This document shows positions 9,576 to 20,595 of a stretch of 64,000 nt of DNA, piece after piece. The DNA is taken from assembly GCA_963718875.1 (NCBI GenBank), contig OY970378.1, forward strand, positions 132,396-196,395, given 5' to 3'. The position numbers were made by a program, and so were the translations under genes. Origin of the DNA: Candidatus Parcubacteria bacterium. Its GTDB lineage: Bacteria > Patescibacteriota > Saccharimonadia > UBA4664 > JBIOIQ01. Positions within the stretch are counted from its first letter, which is position 1, and every line of letters begins with the position of its first letter. The notes beneath the pieces were generated by a model, which ran no database searches, was not told where the DNA came from, and worked only from the letters and a program-made list of their open reading frames with translations.

Positions 9576-10643
9576 TTAGTCAATGTGTTTGCGCTTAACA
9601 TCGAGCTTTTCTTTGGCGTGAACCAGGCTATAAGGGAGTGGTTTAAAAACATAGTCTTGAACGGGCATATAGAGCTCAATATAGCCCCCAAAGCTTTTTT
9701 TAAACGCGGAGTAGCCGTAGCCATAGTGGCCGGGGTGAAAGTTGGAGTCGCCTACAACGCCCCAAAAGTTGTACTTAGTAGCGCCGTGATCACGAGCGAA
9801 TTTCATAATCTCAATGTGCATGAACTGGGGAGCGTGCAGTTCGCGCTCAATGTCATAGGATGCACCATGGAGGTAAGAGGCTTCTTGCCCGAAAGAAGCA
9901 ATTAAAGCACATGCTAGCGGTTGGCCGTTAAGTTCGGCTACAAAGACCTTTTCAAGTCCGGCCGGAGCCGTGACGGCAAACTGTTTGCGATAATAGTCGG
10001 GAGAAAAAGTACCGATGCCGCCTTTGCGAGCGTCGAGAGCGGCCAGCATTGTAAGAAATAGTTCCAAATCCTTAGGTTTATCAGATGAGCGGACTGTAAC
10101 TCCGGCTTTGGCGGCTTTGCGGAGGTAGCGGGGGACGTTACTACGCATGCCGTGTTCGCCAAGCCACTGCAGCAACTGGTCGTCAGATTTGTCTGCAATA
10201 TCGACTACCCAGGCTCGTCCGACCTGGACAAACCAACGCCCGCCAGGCTTAAACCCCAATTCTGGGAAAAGAGCAGCTTCGGAACTGTCGTGGAGTAGAG
10301 CTGGATCAAGCCGTAGGTAAGCGATACCGGGCTGGGTTTGGCAGTAAGTAGTAAGGGTGGTGAGTACATTACGCATCAGTTCCTGGTCGGAATAGTTTAG
10401 TAACGGACCGCGCGGCGAATAGTAGAATTGACTGAAACGATTACGCTCATGTATTAGCAAAACAGTGGCCACAAGCTGAGCTTGATTGTATAAGCCCAAA
10501 CGCTGGATTGATTTGCCTAAGCTCTCTTGAAACGTGCCCCACTCCCAGGTGTGGTAGAACTTGGCGTAAGCTGCTACCTCAGGTCGAGCTAGGAACTGTC
10601 CCAGCTCCGTTGGTGAACTCAAAGGCTGCAGTGTTAACTTCAT
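9576..10643 (-). CDS. FemABX-family lipid II peptidyl transferase
   Basis: EWGTFQ, YSPRGP, LRLDP, YLHGAS, YNFWG, FKKSFGG motifs. Confidence 0.9.
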   Translation of the reverse strand: MKLTLQPLSSPTELGQFLARPEVAAYAKFYHTWEWGTFQESLGKSIQRLGLYNQAQLVATVLLIHERNRFSQFYYSPRGPLLNYSDQELMRNVLTTLTTYCQTQPGIAYLRLDPALLHDSSEAALFPELGFKPGGRWFVQVGRAWVVDIADKSDDQLLQWLGEHGMRSNVPRYLRKAAKAGVTVRSSDKPKDLELFLTMLAALDARKGGIGTFSPDYYRKQFAVTAPAGLEKVFVAELNGQPLACALIASFGQEASYLHGASYDIERELHAPQFMHIEIMKFARDHGATKYNFWGVVGDSNFHPGHYGYGYSAFKKSFGGYIELYMPVQDYVFKPLPYSLVHAKEKLDVKRKHID

Positions 10644-11826
10644 TTGCGATCATTGTAGCATGGGATTCAGTAATGTTTGGGCCTGTTGGTAGGTTAATAA
10701 TACGGCTAGCAACAGATTCAGCTATAGGGCAACCGCTCGGCTGATAATTGATAGTAATGTAGTCAACCCCTGCCGGATAAATGGGCGGTGAGTACCAATT
10801 GCTAACGTAAATTGCTTTGGCTGCTAGGGTAGCGACCAAATAATCGCGTAGTTCTGTCGATTGGCAGATTACTGGGTATTTGATATAGGCGGTAGATTGC
10901 TTGGCAGGAGTGAGTCCGGGGTTAGCTTCAATTTTTGATTGGTATAGCTCAGCCAACTTGAGTCGGTGGTTGAGGTTGGGGTTGATATGATTTAAGGCAT
11001 CTAAAACAATTTTGGCGTGTACCCCTGGAAGCGTGGCGAGGGTATGGCTGGGTATCCCGCCGGCGTACTCGGGTTTGGCAACTGCCTGTTTGAGTAATCG
11101 CAGAACTTGTAACAAACGTCGCAAGGGGTTGCTGAGCAAGGTAGGGATTTTGCGTAAAAGCTGGCGTAAAGCAGGATATATCAACCACAAAAAGCTTTGC
11201 CAGCGAGGTAGCTCAGGCAGATCGTGGTAATCTGACTCGACCTCACGAATCAGATGGGGGTTATTAACCAATAAGGCGCCACCCAGTTTGGTTGAAAGGC
11301 TTTTTTCTATGCCAAAACTAATAATGGCTGCATCGCCAAATGTGCCTAGAGCTTGATTGTTTATATTTAGTCCAAGAGCATGAGCACAGTCCTCGATTAA
11401 AAGGAGGCCATGTTTTTTGGCAAGCTCCTGAACGTGTTCTAAGGCTCCTGGAAGGCCGAACGTATGTTGAAGCATAATTACTTTGGTTCGAGGCGTGATG
11501 TGGCTTGTAAGGCTTTCTAGCGAGGCTGAGAGGGTATCTGGATCTATGTCGACGTATACTGGTACTAATCCGGCCCACAAAATTGGGTTAATAGCTGTTA
11601 CACAAGTAAAGCTTTGGACAAGCACTTCGCTACCAGTAGTTAGGTTGAGCGATTTTAAAAACAAGTAAATAGCGGTGCGACCGTTGGCGGTTAAAAACCA
11701 TTGGTGTGGTTTATGGCTATTGGCGAAATAGAGGTCGTCTAAGGCCTTTTTGAGCTGGTTAAATGGCCGCGAGTTGTTGAAGCCCGGAAAGTTGAGGGTA
11801 AGGCCAATGTAGGTTGAGTTGCGCAT
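10579..11826 (-). CDS. DegT/DnrJ/EryC1/StrS PLP-dependent aminotransferase
   Basis: NGRTAI, QHTFG, IEDCAHALG, SFGIEK, IINLPT. Confidence 0.9.
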   Translation of the reverse strand: MRNSTYIGLTLNFPGFNNSRPFNQLKKALDDLYFANSHKPHQWFLTANGRTAIYLFLKSLNLTTGSEVLVQSFTCVTAINPILWAGLVPVYVDIDPDTLSASLESLTSHITPRTKVIMLQHTFGLPGALEHVQELAKKHGLLLIEDCAHALGLNINNQALGTFGDAAIISFGIEKSLSTKLGGALLVNNPHLIREVESDYHDLPELPRWQSFLWLIYPALRQLLRKIPTLLSNPLRRLLQVLRLLKQAVAKPEYAGGIPSHTLATLPGVHAKIVLDALNHINPNLNHRLKLAELYQSKIEANPGLTPAKQSTAYIKYPVICQSTELRDYLVATLAAKAIYVSNWYSPPIYPAGVDYITINYQPSGCPIAESVASRIINLPTGPNITESHATMIANEVNTAAFEFTNGAGTVPSST

Positions 11827-11938
11827 AAAGTTAACTATAGCAAAGAAGTCAGACTTGGTTGAACGGAAAGAAGTACGACTTGTGAGCGTGTACATAAGCA
11901 TTAAAGTTACTTAATTAGTCGGATGCTACAATACGAGC

Positions 11939-12928
11939 ATGAATATGCACCCGGGGCTGCCCGAAATTAGTTGGGATAAGTTGCTTGTAACTCAAAATGG
12001 TCATTTTTTGCAGTCTAGAGAGTGGATGCAGTTTCAGATTGAGCTTGGGCGGACAGTTTTCTCGGATCACGGGGACGTATGGAGCTGGATTGCGACAGCT
12101 AGACAGACGTTGCAATTTCGGTATTTAGCTTCAGCCTATGGGCCAACTGCTACCCCGCTATCTTTAGCCGATGCATTAGATTCAATAGTTGTAGCGGCTA
12201 AGAAGCAAAAGGTCGATTTTGTGCGGATTGAACCACTAGGGGTGACAAAAGAGGAGCTCAGGGTAAGCGGCTATAAGCTGGTAGCGCTAGAAGAGATTGA
12301 GCCGGAAATAACTTCATTAATTGATTTAAGCTTGAGCGAGGAAGAATTAAGACATAATTTGAGCTCGGGTCACCGCAATGCCATTAATGGTGCTGAACGG
12401 CGCGGAATTGTTATCCGCGAGGGAAAGTTGAGTTCGGATATCGACGAGTTTAATCGCTTGATGCGTCAAACTGCCCAAAAAGCCGGCATTCGAGTGCATG
12501 ATGCCAGTTATTTTAAAACCATGATGAGAGTGTTGAGTCCAGCGGGCAGAGCAAAACTATATTTGGCTGAAGCCGAGGGAAAGGCGATTGCGGCGACGAT
12601 TATTTATAGCCATAACAAGATTTGGTACTATGCGCATGCGGCGAGCGATCCAGAATTTGTAAAACTTCAGGCTGGAGTACCGTTGCTATGGCGGGCAATT
12701 ATGGACGCTAAGGCAGCTGGAGCAGGTGAATTTGACTTGTGGGGGGTAGTGCCTGTTGACGATGCACATAGTTCAAAATCAGGGTACAGTCGATTTAAGC
12801 GAGCTTTTGGTGGAGTTGACAGGGTATACGCGGGTACTTGGGATTTGATAATAAACCCGGGTCGATATCGGTTGTTTAAGTTAGCGCGCAATGCTTCAAG
12901 AGTAGTGCGCAAACTGAGACGAACGTGA
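11939..12928 (+). CDS. FemABX-family peptidoglycan bridge transferase
   Basis: HFLQSREW, YGP, FVRIEP, FDLWG, RFKRAFGG. Confidence 0.9.
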   Translation: MNMHPGLPEISWDKLLVTQNGHFLQSREWMQFQIELGRTVFSDHGDVWSWIATARQTLQFRYLASAYGPTATPLSLADALDSIVVAAKKQKVDFVRIEPLGVTKEELRVSGYKLVALEEIEPEITSLIDLSLSEEELRHNLSSGHRNAINGAERRGIVIREGKLSSDIDEFNRLMRQTAQKAGIRVHDASYFKTMMRVLSPAGRAKLYLAEAEGKAIAATIIYSHNKIWYYAHAASDPEFVKLQAGVPLLWRAIMDAKAAGAGEFDLWGVVPVDDAHSSKSGYSRFKRAFGGVDRVYAGTWDLIINPGRYRLFKLARNASRVVRKLRRT

Positions 12929-13962
12929 GGCAGGCAACTGCAGAGGAGTTAGCGCGGTGGGATGAGTTGGTTTTGGCTAATCCGGACGGTGGGCATGTTT
13001 TTCAGACGCGAGCGTGGGGTGAATTCAAGTCCGGATGCGGTTGGAAGCCACAATTTATGATTCATGATCTGGGGGGAGTGCAGCTAGCGGTGATGTATTT
13101 GGTGCGCAGATTTAGTTACTTTGGTGAATTATGGTGGGTGCCCAAAGGGCCCGGAGTAGCTAGTCAAGCTCAAATAGCCAGCTATGTTGCATCGCTAGAC
13201 CTACCAAAAACAGCTTTTATGCTACGTATAAATCCGGTTTTGAGCGTGGATGGAATTGACCAACCGCTTTTTAAATCCATTGGGTTGATGGAGGCAAAGC
13301 GTGATGTACAGCCGGATAAGGCGACGATTTTGATTGATTTAAGTCGAAATGAGGAGGAAATTTTAGCTGCATTTAAACAAAAGACGCGCTACAATGTGCG
13401 CTTGGCAGCTAAAAAGGGCGTAGTAGTTGAGGCTGTTTCAGCAACAGATGAAAATCTTGAGTTGATGTACCAGTTGATGCACGAAACTAGCTCGCGAGCC
13501 CAATATTACATGCGGGAGCGGAGCTATTATTTAAATTACTGGCGCAAACTGAGTGAGGTTGGTCACGGGCAGTTGATGTTTGCCAGCTTTGAGGGTGAGT
13601 TGCTAGCCGGGTTGTTTGCAACGTATTTTGGTCAAAAAGGCTGGTACAAAGACGGAGGGTCGTTTAAGAAGCATCCGGAAGTAATGGCGCCATATCTGTT
13701 GCAATGGGAGACAATGCGTTGGTTGAGGGGACGAGGCGTGACAGTTTATGACCTGGTGGGCGTGCCGTCACGGCGGGATTTAAACCCAGAAAGTAAGATT
13801 TATAGCTTGTACCAGTTCAAATCTGGCTTTAACGACGAAATTATAGAGTACATCAACTCCTACGACTTGCCGCTGTCATCTAAATTTAGTCAATGGGATG
13901 CTTGGGGTGAGCGGTTAACGAGCAAGTACTATATGCGGATCAAGCGTGAACTTCTGTATTAG
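12925..13962 (+). CDS. FemABX-family peptidoglycan bridge transferase
   Basis: HVFQTRAWGEFK, PKGP, KQKTRYNVRLA, YKDGGS, FKSGF. Confidence 0.92.
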   Translation: MRQATAEELARWDELVLANPDGGHVFQTRAWGEFKSGCGWKPQFMIHDLGGVQLAVMYLVRRFSYFGELWWVPKGPGVASQAQIASYVASLDLPKTAFMLRINPVLSVDGIDQPLFKSIGLMEAKRDVQPDKATILIDLSRNEEEILAAFKQKTRYNVRLAAKKGVVVEAVSATDENLELMYQLMHETSSRAQYYMRERSYYLNYWRKLSEVGHGQLMFASFEGELLAGLFATYFGQKGWYKDGGSFKKHPEVMAPYLLQWETMRWLRGRGVTVYDLVGVPSRRDLNPESKIYSLYQFKSGFNDEIIEYINSYDLPLSSKFSQWDAWGERLTSKYYMRIKRELLY

Positions 13963-14033
13963 TGACAAGAGATGTGTAGATAGTAGATAGGTAGGGTAAT
14001 CCCAAATTATTGGTTAAATGTTAGACTAGGATT

Positions 14034-15338
14034 ATGTTTCGTAATCTTGTAAAAGCTTTAATCCCGCGGCAGCTTTTCAAGCAAATTGAGCCGTACGGCC
14101 ATTGGGTTGAGGCGCTGCTGGCTAATATTTGGTATGGTTTTCCAGCTCGGAACTTACATGTGATTGGAGTAACTGGAACAGATGGCAAGACTACAACAAC
14201 TACGCTGATTTGGCAGATGTTAGTCGAGGCTGGGTATAAAGCTGGGTTTATGACCACAGTAGGTTATGGCACGCATATGTATCAAAAGGTTCAGCACATA
14301 CACATTACAACTTTGCAAAGTTTTCCTTTGATGAAGCGGATACAGGAGCTAAAACGTGATGGAATTGAATGGTTGGTTCTGGAAACCAGTAGCCACTCTC
14401 TGGCACAAAATCGTACGTTTGGAATTCCTTACGAAGTAGCAGTAATGACAAACGTAACGCTTGATCATCTCGATTATCATGGGACGTTTGAGCGTTATCG
14501 TGATGCCAAAAAACGGTTGTTTAGTTTGGCCAATAAGCGTGGGTTACGAGCAGGAGTTGCTAATGCTGACGACCCATCAGGTGAGTTGTTTACGGCCGAA
14601 GTAGCGCATTCCATTTTATACGGAGTAAATGAGGGAACGTTAAGAGCCGATAAAGTCAAAAGTACTTCGAAGGGGAATCAGTTTGTGGCTGCCTATCAAG
14701 ATCGCCGGATTGAGATTCAGTCATTTTTGCCAGGTAGCTTCAATGTTTATAATGTTCTGGCGGCTGTAGGAACTGGAATAAGCCTGGGATTAACTGATGG
14801 TCAGATTACCGATGGCATTGCGGCGCTCAAAAGTGTGGAAGGCCGGATGAATACAATCGATGAGGGGCAGGATTTTACAGTGATTGTTGATTATGCTTCT
14901 ACCCCGGGCGGGTTTGAGGCAGTGCTTCCGGGCGTCAAAAAAGGGACTAAAGGCCGCGTAATAGCAGTGTTTGGCTCGGCCGGTGGACAGCGAGATCCGG
15001 CTAAACGTCCAGTCCAAGGTAGGGTGGCCGCTACTTATTGCGATGAGGTGGTCATTACTGAAGAAGATGATCGGGATACCGATGGCGTAATGATTATGGA
15101 TCAGATTGCGGCAGGAGCAGAAAGTGCCGGCAAAAAGCGAGATAAAAATCTGTTTTTGGTACACGACAGGCGCGAAGCGATTAAGTTTGCAATTGGTCGA
15201 GCACGTTCAGGGGACACAGTTTTGTTGTTGGGCAAAGGGCATGAACGTACGATTGAGCGCGCCAGTGGTGACGTTCCTTGGAATGAGGCTGGCGAAGCTC
15301 GGATAGCGCTAAGGGCGCGATTAAATACCAGGTCTTAA
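14034..15338 (+). CDS. murE: UDP-MurNAc-tripeptide synthetase MurE
   Basis: IGVTGTDGKTTT, LETSSH, NVTLDHLDYH, VDYA, GKGHE. Confidence 0.92.
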   Translation: MFRNLVKALIPRQLFKQIEPYGHWVEALLANIWYGFPARNLHVIGVTGTDGKTTTTTLIWQMLVEAGYKAGFMTTVGYGTHMYQKVQHIHITTLQSFPLMKRIQELKRDGIEWLVLETSSHSLAQNRTFGIPYEVAVMTNVTLDHLDYHGTFERYRDAKKRLFSLANKRGLRAGVANADDPSGELFTAEVAHSILYGVNEGTLRADKVKSTSKGNQFVAAYQDRRIEIQSFLPGSFNVYNVLAAVGTGISLGLTDGQITDGIAALKSVEGRMNTIDEGQDFTVIVDYASTPGGFEAVLPGVKKGTKGRVIAVFGSAGGQRDPAKRPVQGRVAATYCDEVVITEEDDRDTDGVMIMDQIAAGAESAGKKRDKNLFLVHDRREAIKFAIGRARSGDTVLLLGKGHERTIERASGDVPWNEAGEARIALRARLNTRS

Positions 15339-15482
15339 AATCTAGATTTCTTAGGCATTAAGTATCAAGACCTGGTCTTGGAAATACGGCAAATATCAGA
15401 TCTGGTCTTGCAGGAAACTGCCTATGCTTGCATTCGGTATTTGTTCGGTTACACTAAGAAGTGTAATAAGGAGAATGGAGTG

Positions 15483-15653
15483 ATGGAGCAAAGTAATTTG
15501 AGCGTACCAATGACGCCTGCACAGAAAATTTTTTTAAAAGACCTAGCCAAGCAAACGGGTGAAAAGTTTTACGAAGATTTAAGTAAAGCTCAAGCATCGA
15601 AAAAGATTGAAGAGTTGCAGGCAAAGCGAAGAGCTAAGGCTGCTAAGGTTTAA
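15483..15653 (+). CDS. small DUF3072-like protein
   Basis: PMTPAQ..FLK.LA...GE.....LSKAQASKKIEEL pattern; GGAG SD. Confidence 0.65.
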   Translation: MEQSNLSVPMTPAQKIFLKDLAKQTGEKFYEDLSKAQASKKIEELQAKRRAKAAKV

Positions 15654-15708
15654 GACCAAAGTCAGACTTTTAAATCTAGACTAGCTGAGCCATGACTGAA
15701 GGCTGACT

Positions 15709-16359
15709 TTACTTAAGTCCGATTACCACCAACATTCGTCCCGCCCGATCTCCATCACGACGATAGCTCTGCAAGGATTGGTCGTGGATGGTGCAGCGAG
15801 GATCTAATTCTAGCTGGCTGGCAGGTATACCGACTGTGGATAGCTGGTCTTGAATAATGGCTTGATTGTTGAAATACAGTTTGTCGTCTCGTGTTTCAAA
15901 GAATTTTGACGCAAAGTTAGCTTGAAAGTCGGGCAGGACTTCGTAACAACACTTTTGCGCTAATGGACTTACGTAACCCCAGATGTTTTTAGGCTTGCTA
16001 CCAAACTGATCTACAAGTCGGGTAATGGTTTTTGAAACAATATCCAGTTTGCTGCCGCGCCAACCTGAGTGAATAGCTGCAACTACACTATGTTCGGGAT
16101 CATAAAGCAAAATAGTGGCACAGTCGGCTACGCGCATTCCAATTAACCAGCCAAGTTGGTGGGTGATTAGTGCATCTCCGGAGGTTGGTTCTAGCCCTTG
16201 CTCAGTTTCATTAATGGTGTCGCCGTGAACTTGATGCTGGACAATAATGCGTTTAAAACCAAGAGTTTGTGCGCCGGCATCATCAAACGCATCATGCGAC
16301 AAGCCAGCTAGAATATTTGGAAACTGGTTAAAGATGTTTGGTGGCTCAAGCTGGATCAT
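15709..16359 (-). CDS. pgeF: PgeF/YfiH-family peptidoglycan editing factor (purine nucleoside phosphorylase)
   Basis: QVHG, GDALIT, VADC, AIHSGWRG, CCYEV, SYRRD. Confidence 0.9.
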   Translation of the reverse strand: MIQLEPPNIFNQFPNILAGLSHDAFDDAGAQTLGFKRIIVQHQVHGDTINETEQGLEPTSGDALITHQLGWLIGMRVADCATILLYDPEHSVVAAIHSGWRGSKLDIVSKTITRLVDQFGSKPKNIWGYVSPLAQKCCYEVLPDFQANFASKFFETRDDKLYFNNQAIIQDQLSTVGIPASQLELDPRCTIHDQSLQSYRRDGDRAGRMLVVIGLK

Positions 16360-16557
16360 GTTTTAAGATTGCCATGTCTGTGATGGTGTTGCAATTGATT
16401 TTGATTAGTCTCTGGCTGTCCAAGCGGAACTAATCGAACAATAAGGGGATGCGCATGGATATTGAAATACTTATTCGCAGTTCCAGTAGAAAATTTTATT
16501 GTTCGATCCTGCCTACCGAAGGAAGGCGACAGCGAAAGGTGCCTAGTTGACTCAAGC

Positions 16558-17361
16558 TTAAATCGGCAAATCTAGCCCTAGGCAACGGACTCCACCACCG
16601 GAAAAAACAAATTGGTTGATATTAATCGGAAAGACATTAAAGCCTCGGCTTTCCAACTCTTTGATAAGTCCTGGAGCCCTGAAGGGGAGTATGACATTTG
16701 TGCCGTCGCTCTGAAGGTTGCAGCCAAAACCCAAAGCATCGCGTAAAGAAACTTCTATGAGCTCTACCCCCGGCAAGGCTTTGAGCTTAATTTGACTAGG
16801 CTCGTCTAATGCATCGGGACTATAAGCTATTAAGTCTGGGCGTAACACGCCGACCGACATATCTAGGTCATAAAAACGGGGATCTTTGGCGTGGAGGCTT
16901 ACAACCTCAACGTTAAAATAATCGGATAGTTCTCGGTGGACCTCAATGTCGCTGGCGCGACGATCCCTTTCGCCATAACCCGCTAGCAGCACGTCGCCAA
17001 TCCATAATGCATCACCACCACCACCAAACCTATAATTGGTTTCTTTAACTGCAAAGCCGTGAGACTCGAACCAGTTCTTGTGATAAGGATGTTCTGGTTG
17101 ACGCTCGGCGGGTAAGTTGGATAAAAATACTTTAGAGTCTTTTACAACGCCAGCATTGGCTGTAAAACACAAATCAGGGCAGTTTGGCACTGGTTCAATA
17201 AACTCGAGCTGGTGTCCCTGTGACTTGAGTGTATGAGCTAGCTCATTTTGCTGACTCAAAGCCTTTTCGAGGTTTGGTTGGTGCTCAACGTGCATCCAGG
17301 GGTTAATTTCAAAATTAACCCCAAAATAGTTGGCTTTGCACATAAGAATACGTTTGGTCAT
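16558..17361 (-). CDS. amidinotransferase / dimethylargininase-family protein
   Basis: EINPWM, PDLCFTANAG, FYDLD, SGGGVRC. Confidence 0.85.
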   Translation of the reverse strand: MTKRILMCKANYFGVNFEINPWMHVEHQPNLEKALSQQNELAHTLKSQGHQLEFIEPVPNCPDLCFTANAGVVKDSKVFLSNLPAERQPEHPYHKNWFESHGFAVKETNYRFGGGGDALWIGDVLLAGYGERDRRASDIEVHRELSDYFNVEVVSLHAKDPRFYDLDMSVGVLRPDLIAYSPDALDEPSQIKLKALPGVELIEVSLRDALGFGCNLQSDGTNVILPFRAPGLIKELESRGFNVFPININQFVFSGGGVRCLGLDLPI

Positions 17362-17387
17362 AAGAACTATATTAACCCTTGCAAATT

Positions 17388-17951
17388 TTACTTAGTAAAA
17401 AGTAAGAATGAAGTGATGTTGTACTTAAGGTCTTGAATACCGGCTTCTAGAATTTCCAATTCAAATAACTTGGCAGCTTGGGCAGAGGCAATGACGGCGA
17501 CAGTGGATGAAAGCTTACCGTGGCGTAAATCTTGAGCTGCGAGTGCAGTATCTGGGTAATCTTTTAGCGGTGTGCTTCCAAATTCCCGTTTTAAGAATTG
17601 TCGGCATTGGGCAAGGGCTTGAGGGTGAGATGTGATAGATTCTATATCAGTTATTTTTGTTCCAGGTAGAACCATCAGGTTTTGTTGGACATCCAGTTGA
17701 AGTACTTTTTTGATTGTAAAGACATAGTTGGCCATGGCAAAAAGAGTTTCGTTAACCATGCCGCCGGCAGAGTTTTCGAGCGGTACGATTCCGTGGGTTG
17801 CGTTGCCTGACATTACAGTTTGAAAGGTACGTTCAGCGGTAACAGCGTAAAATATGTCGCCATTAAGTTGATTATTGGCCAAATATTTTTGAGCAGCTTC
17901 GTCGTCGAATGATCCAGCAATGCCTGAAACTGCAATTGTTACGTGGTCCAT
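17388..17951 (-). CDS. stand-alone prephenate dehydratase domain
   Basis: GIAGSF, VPLENS, SHPQALAQC, DTALAA; ends at NITSF without ACT domain. Confidence 0.85.
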   Translation of the reverse strand: MDHVTIAVSGIAGSFDDEAAQKYLANNQLNGDIFYAVTAERTFQTVMSGNATHGIVPLENSAGGMVNETLFAMANYVFTIKKVLQLDVQQNLMVLPGTKITDIESITSHPQALAQCRQFLKREFGSTPLKDYPDTALAAQDLRHGKLSSTVAVIASAQAAKLFELEILEAGIQDLKYNITSFLLFTK

Positions 17952-18093
17952 AAGTGCCTAGCTTACACGATTTTTGTGCTTTGCGCATTTCAAATCAATC
18001 GATCTTTAGCGAGGTTCATACATTTTGCATTGCGGAACTTAGGCGTCAGTGTCAAAAGTTAAATGTTTTTGGTTAGAGTGGTAGAATGAACTC

Positions 18094-18813
18094 ATGAAGC
18101 TTGATGTTGAATTTCAGCCAGTCCGAGTATTGTGCGTTGCTGCTCATCCCGATGACTTAGAGTTTTCAGTCGCTGGTAGTGTAGCAAAATGGACTGCGGC
18201 CGGAGCAGAAGTTTTTTACCTTGTTTGTACGGATGGGGGCAAAGGGTCGGCTGATCGTAATGCAGAAGCCGAGCAATTGGTGGAGGTGCGCCGTCAGGAA
18301 CAGCGAGCTGCTGCTAAAATTTTGGGCGTCAAGGACGTAACTTTTTTAGACTACGAAGATGGTGCTACAGACGTTACGATGGAATTAAAGCGTGATATTG
18401 CCCGCGAAATTCGTCGTCGCAAGCCCGAAGCAGTTTTTTGTTTTGATCCGACTATGGTTTATTCGGCTAAATACAATTTTATTAACCACCCTGATCATCG
18501 CGCGGTGGGTCAAGCTACCCTTGAAGCCGTTTACCCCTTGGCCCGGGATCATTTAACTTTTCCAGAGTTGCTGGGAGAAGGGTTTGAGCCGCATAAAACG
18601 CCCGTGCTTTTGATGCATAATTTTGATGATAACAACTTTGCCATTGATATTACTGAGACTTTTGCGACAAAACTGGAATCATTGGCTGCACATGTAAGTC
18701 AAATCCCAGGGATGAACCAGGCTGAAAAGCTGGTTCGAGAAATGGCAGAAGAGTGCGGTGAGAAGGTAGGAGTGTTGTTAGCTGAAGGTTTTATACGCAT
18801 AAATATCAATTAG
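18094..18813 (+). CDS. PIG-L family deacetylase
   Basis: AHPDDLE, RRQEQ, NHPDH, AHVSQ. Confidence 0.92.
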   Translation: MKLDVEFQPVRVLCVAAHPDDLEFSVAGSVAKWTAAGAEVFYLVCTDGGKGSADRNAEAEQLVEVRRQEQRAAAKILGVKDVTFLDYEDGATDVTMELKRDIAREIRRRKPEAVFCFDPTMVYSAKYNFINHPDHRAVGQATLEAVYPLARDHLTFPELLGEGFEPHKTPVLLMHNFDDNNFAIDITETFATKLESLAAHVSQIPGMNQAEKLVREMAEECGEKVGVLLAEGFIRININ

Positions 18814-18872
18814 ATCGTAGGCGTGGGCTCAAATAAGTAGGAATGTTTGGATAATAAGTAAAAAGGTGGTGT

Positions 18873-20301
18873 ATGAAGGTTAATCCGGAAATTTTTCGTG
18901 GTTATGATTTAAGAGGGTTGGTGGGCGATGATTTAAACCCGGAGCTGGTAGAACATATAGGCAAGGCCTTTGGAACATACTTAACTAGACGAGGGATGAA
19001 GGAGGCTGTAGTAGCCCGTGACTGTCGGGCAACTAGTCCCGAGTATAGCCAGTGTTTAATTAAGGGATTGACTGCGGTTGGTGTGGACGTTGTGGATATT
19101 GGGATGAACTTGATAGGGACTTTTTACTGGGCTCAGTATTTTTTAAACCGGCCAGCTGGAGTTTTTGTAAGCGCCTCGCATAATCCGCCGGAGTACAACG
19201 GCTTTAAGTTTGCGGATGGCCTGTCTGAAACACTTGTGAGTGATGGAATGAATGAGCTTAAGCGGATGGTACAGGAAGAAGATTATGATTTAGTTCAAGC
19301 TACTGCACCCGTCAGCCAGCAGGATATTCGTCAAGCTTATTTTGATGATGTTATCAAGCGGCTTTCCGCTTAAGCGCGGCGTGAAAGTATTGGTGGATCC
19401 AAGCTGTACTACGGCCGGTGATATTGCGCCCGATATGTTACGTCAGGCAGGGTGCGAGGTGATAGAAAAAAACACCACGGTGGACCCGTCCTTTCCGCTA
19501 GGCATTGCGGATCCTACTGAAACAAAGGTAGTGGAGAGATTAAGCCAAGAAGTACTAGATGCAGGTGCAGAGGTTGGACTTACCTATGACGCCGACGGTG
19601 ACAGGATTGGGATTGTAGACGAAAAAGGTGGGATTATTTGGAATGATGTACTGGTGGCGCTTTTTGCCATTGATGTGTTACGTGATCACCCGGGTGCGAC
19701 AATAATGTATAACACTTTGTGCTCAAAGGTGGTAGCAGAAACTATTTTAAAGCATGGCGGCAAACCATTTATGTGGCGAACTGGTCATTCGTTTTTAAAG
19801 AAAAAGAACCAGTATATAAAAGCCGCATTTATTGGTGAACTGTCAGGCCATTTCTTTTTTTCGGCTGATTTTCACAACCATGATGATGGTTTGTATTCGA
19901 CAATGCGTTTATTAAGATTGTTGTCTTCCATAGACAAAACGCTATCAGAGTTAGTAGCTGAATTGCCCCAGTATATTTCTAGCCCAGAAATTAAGTTGTC
20001 ATGTGATGATGATAAAAAAGTCGAGTTGGTAAAGAAACTTAGCCCCTTACTCAAGCGCGATTATCCAGATGCGGAGGTGATTGATGATGCCAGGGCAGGC
20101 GACGGCATTCGCCTTGACTTGCCTGAAGCCATGTTTGTGGTGCGATATTCGCAAAATGGACCTTATCTTACAATAAAGTTTGAGGCTAAAACTCAGCCAA
20201 AGTACGATGAATTAAAGAACTATATTGCAAATTTGTTGCGGCAGTTTCCGGAAGTTGATTGGAAATCTAAGATTGCAACGAACGTTGAAGCTTTAGCTTA
20301 A
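18873..20301 (+). pseudogene. phosphomannomutase/phosphoglucomutase split by a 1-nt frameshift near 19363
   Basis: IFRGYDLRG and SASHNP in 18873-19373; DADGDR and GELSGH in 19342-20301. Confidence 0.8.
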
Positions 20302-20446
20302 GGCTTGCGTAAGCGAACATCCAAATAATTGATGGAGCCGAGCGTAATGAATTACTAACTTGATAAAAGGTTAAGCGCTATTGACGTTTTATTGACAAGG
20401 CATTATTTTTTAGACACACCAGACCTTGACGAAAGTGAGGATCGAG

Positions 20447-20593
20447 ATGTTTTCGAAGTTGCTCCTGCCTTTGTTGACCGTAACCGGAAGCGTGGGGGTG
20501 CCGGCTGGCATCCTGTGGCTCTTGCACTCTATCGAGGGGCGTATTGCTCGCCCTCTGAACGCAGAAGTTAGCTACCCGAGGACACGGAGGTAG
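20447..20593 (+). CDS. 48-aa hydrophobic peptide MFSKLLLPLLTVTG...
   Basis: GAGG SD, hydrophobic N-half; below ORF-track cutoff. Confidence 0.4.
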   Translation: MFSKLLLPLLTVTGSVGVPAGILWLLHSIEGRIARPLNAEVSYPRTRR

Positions 20594-20595
20594 AA

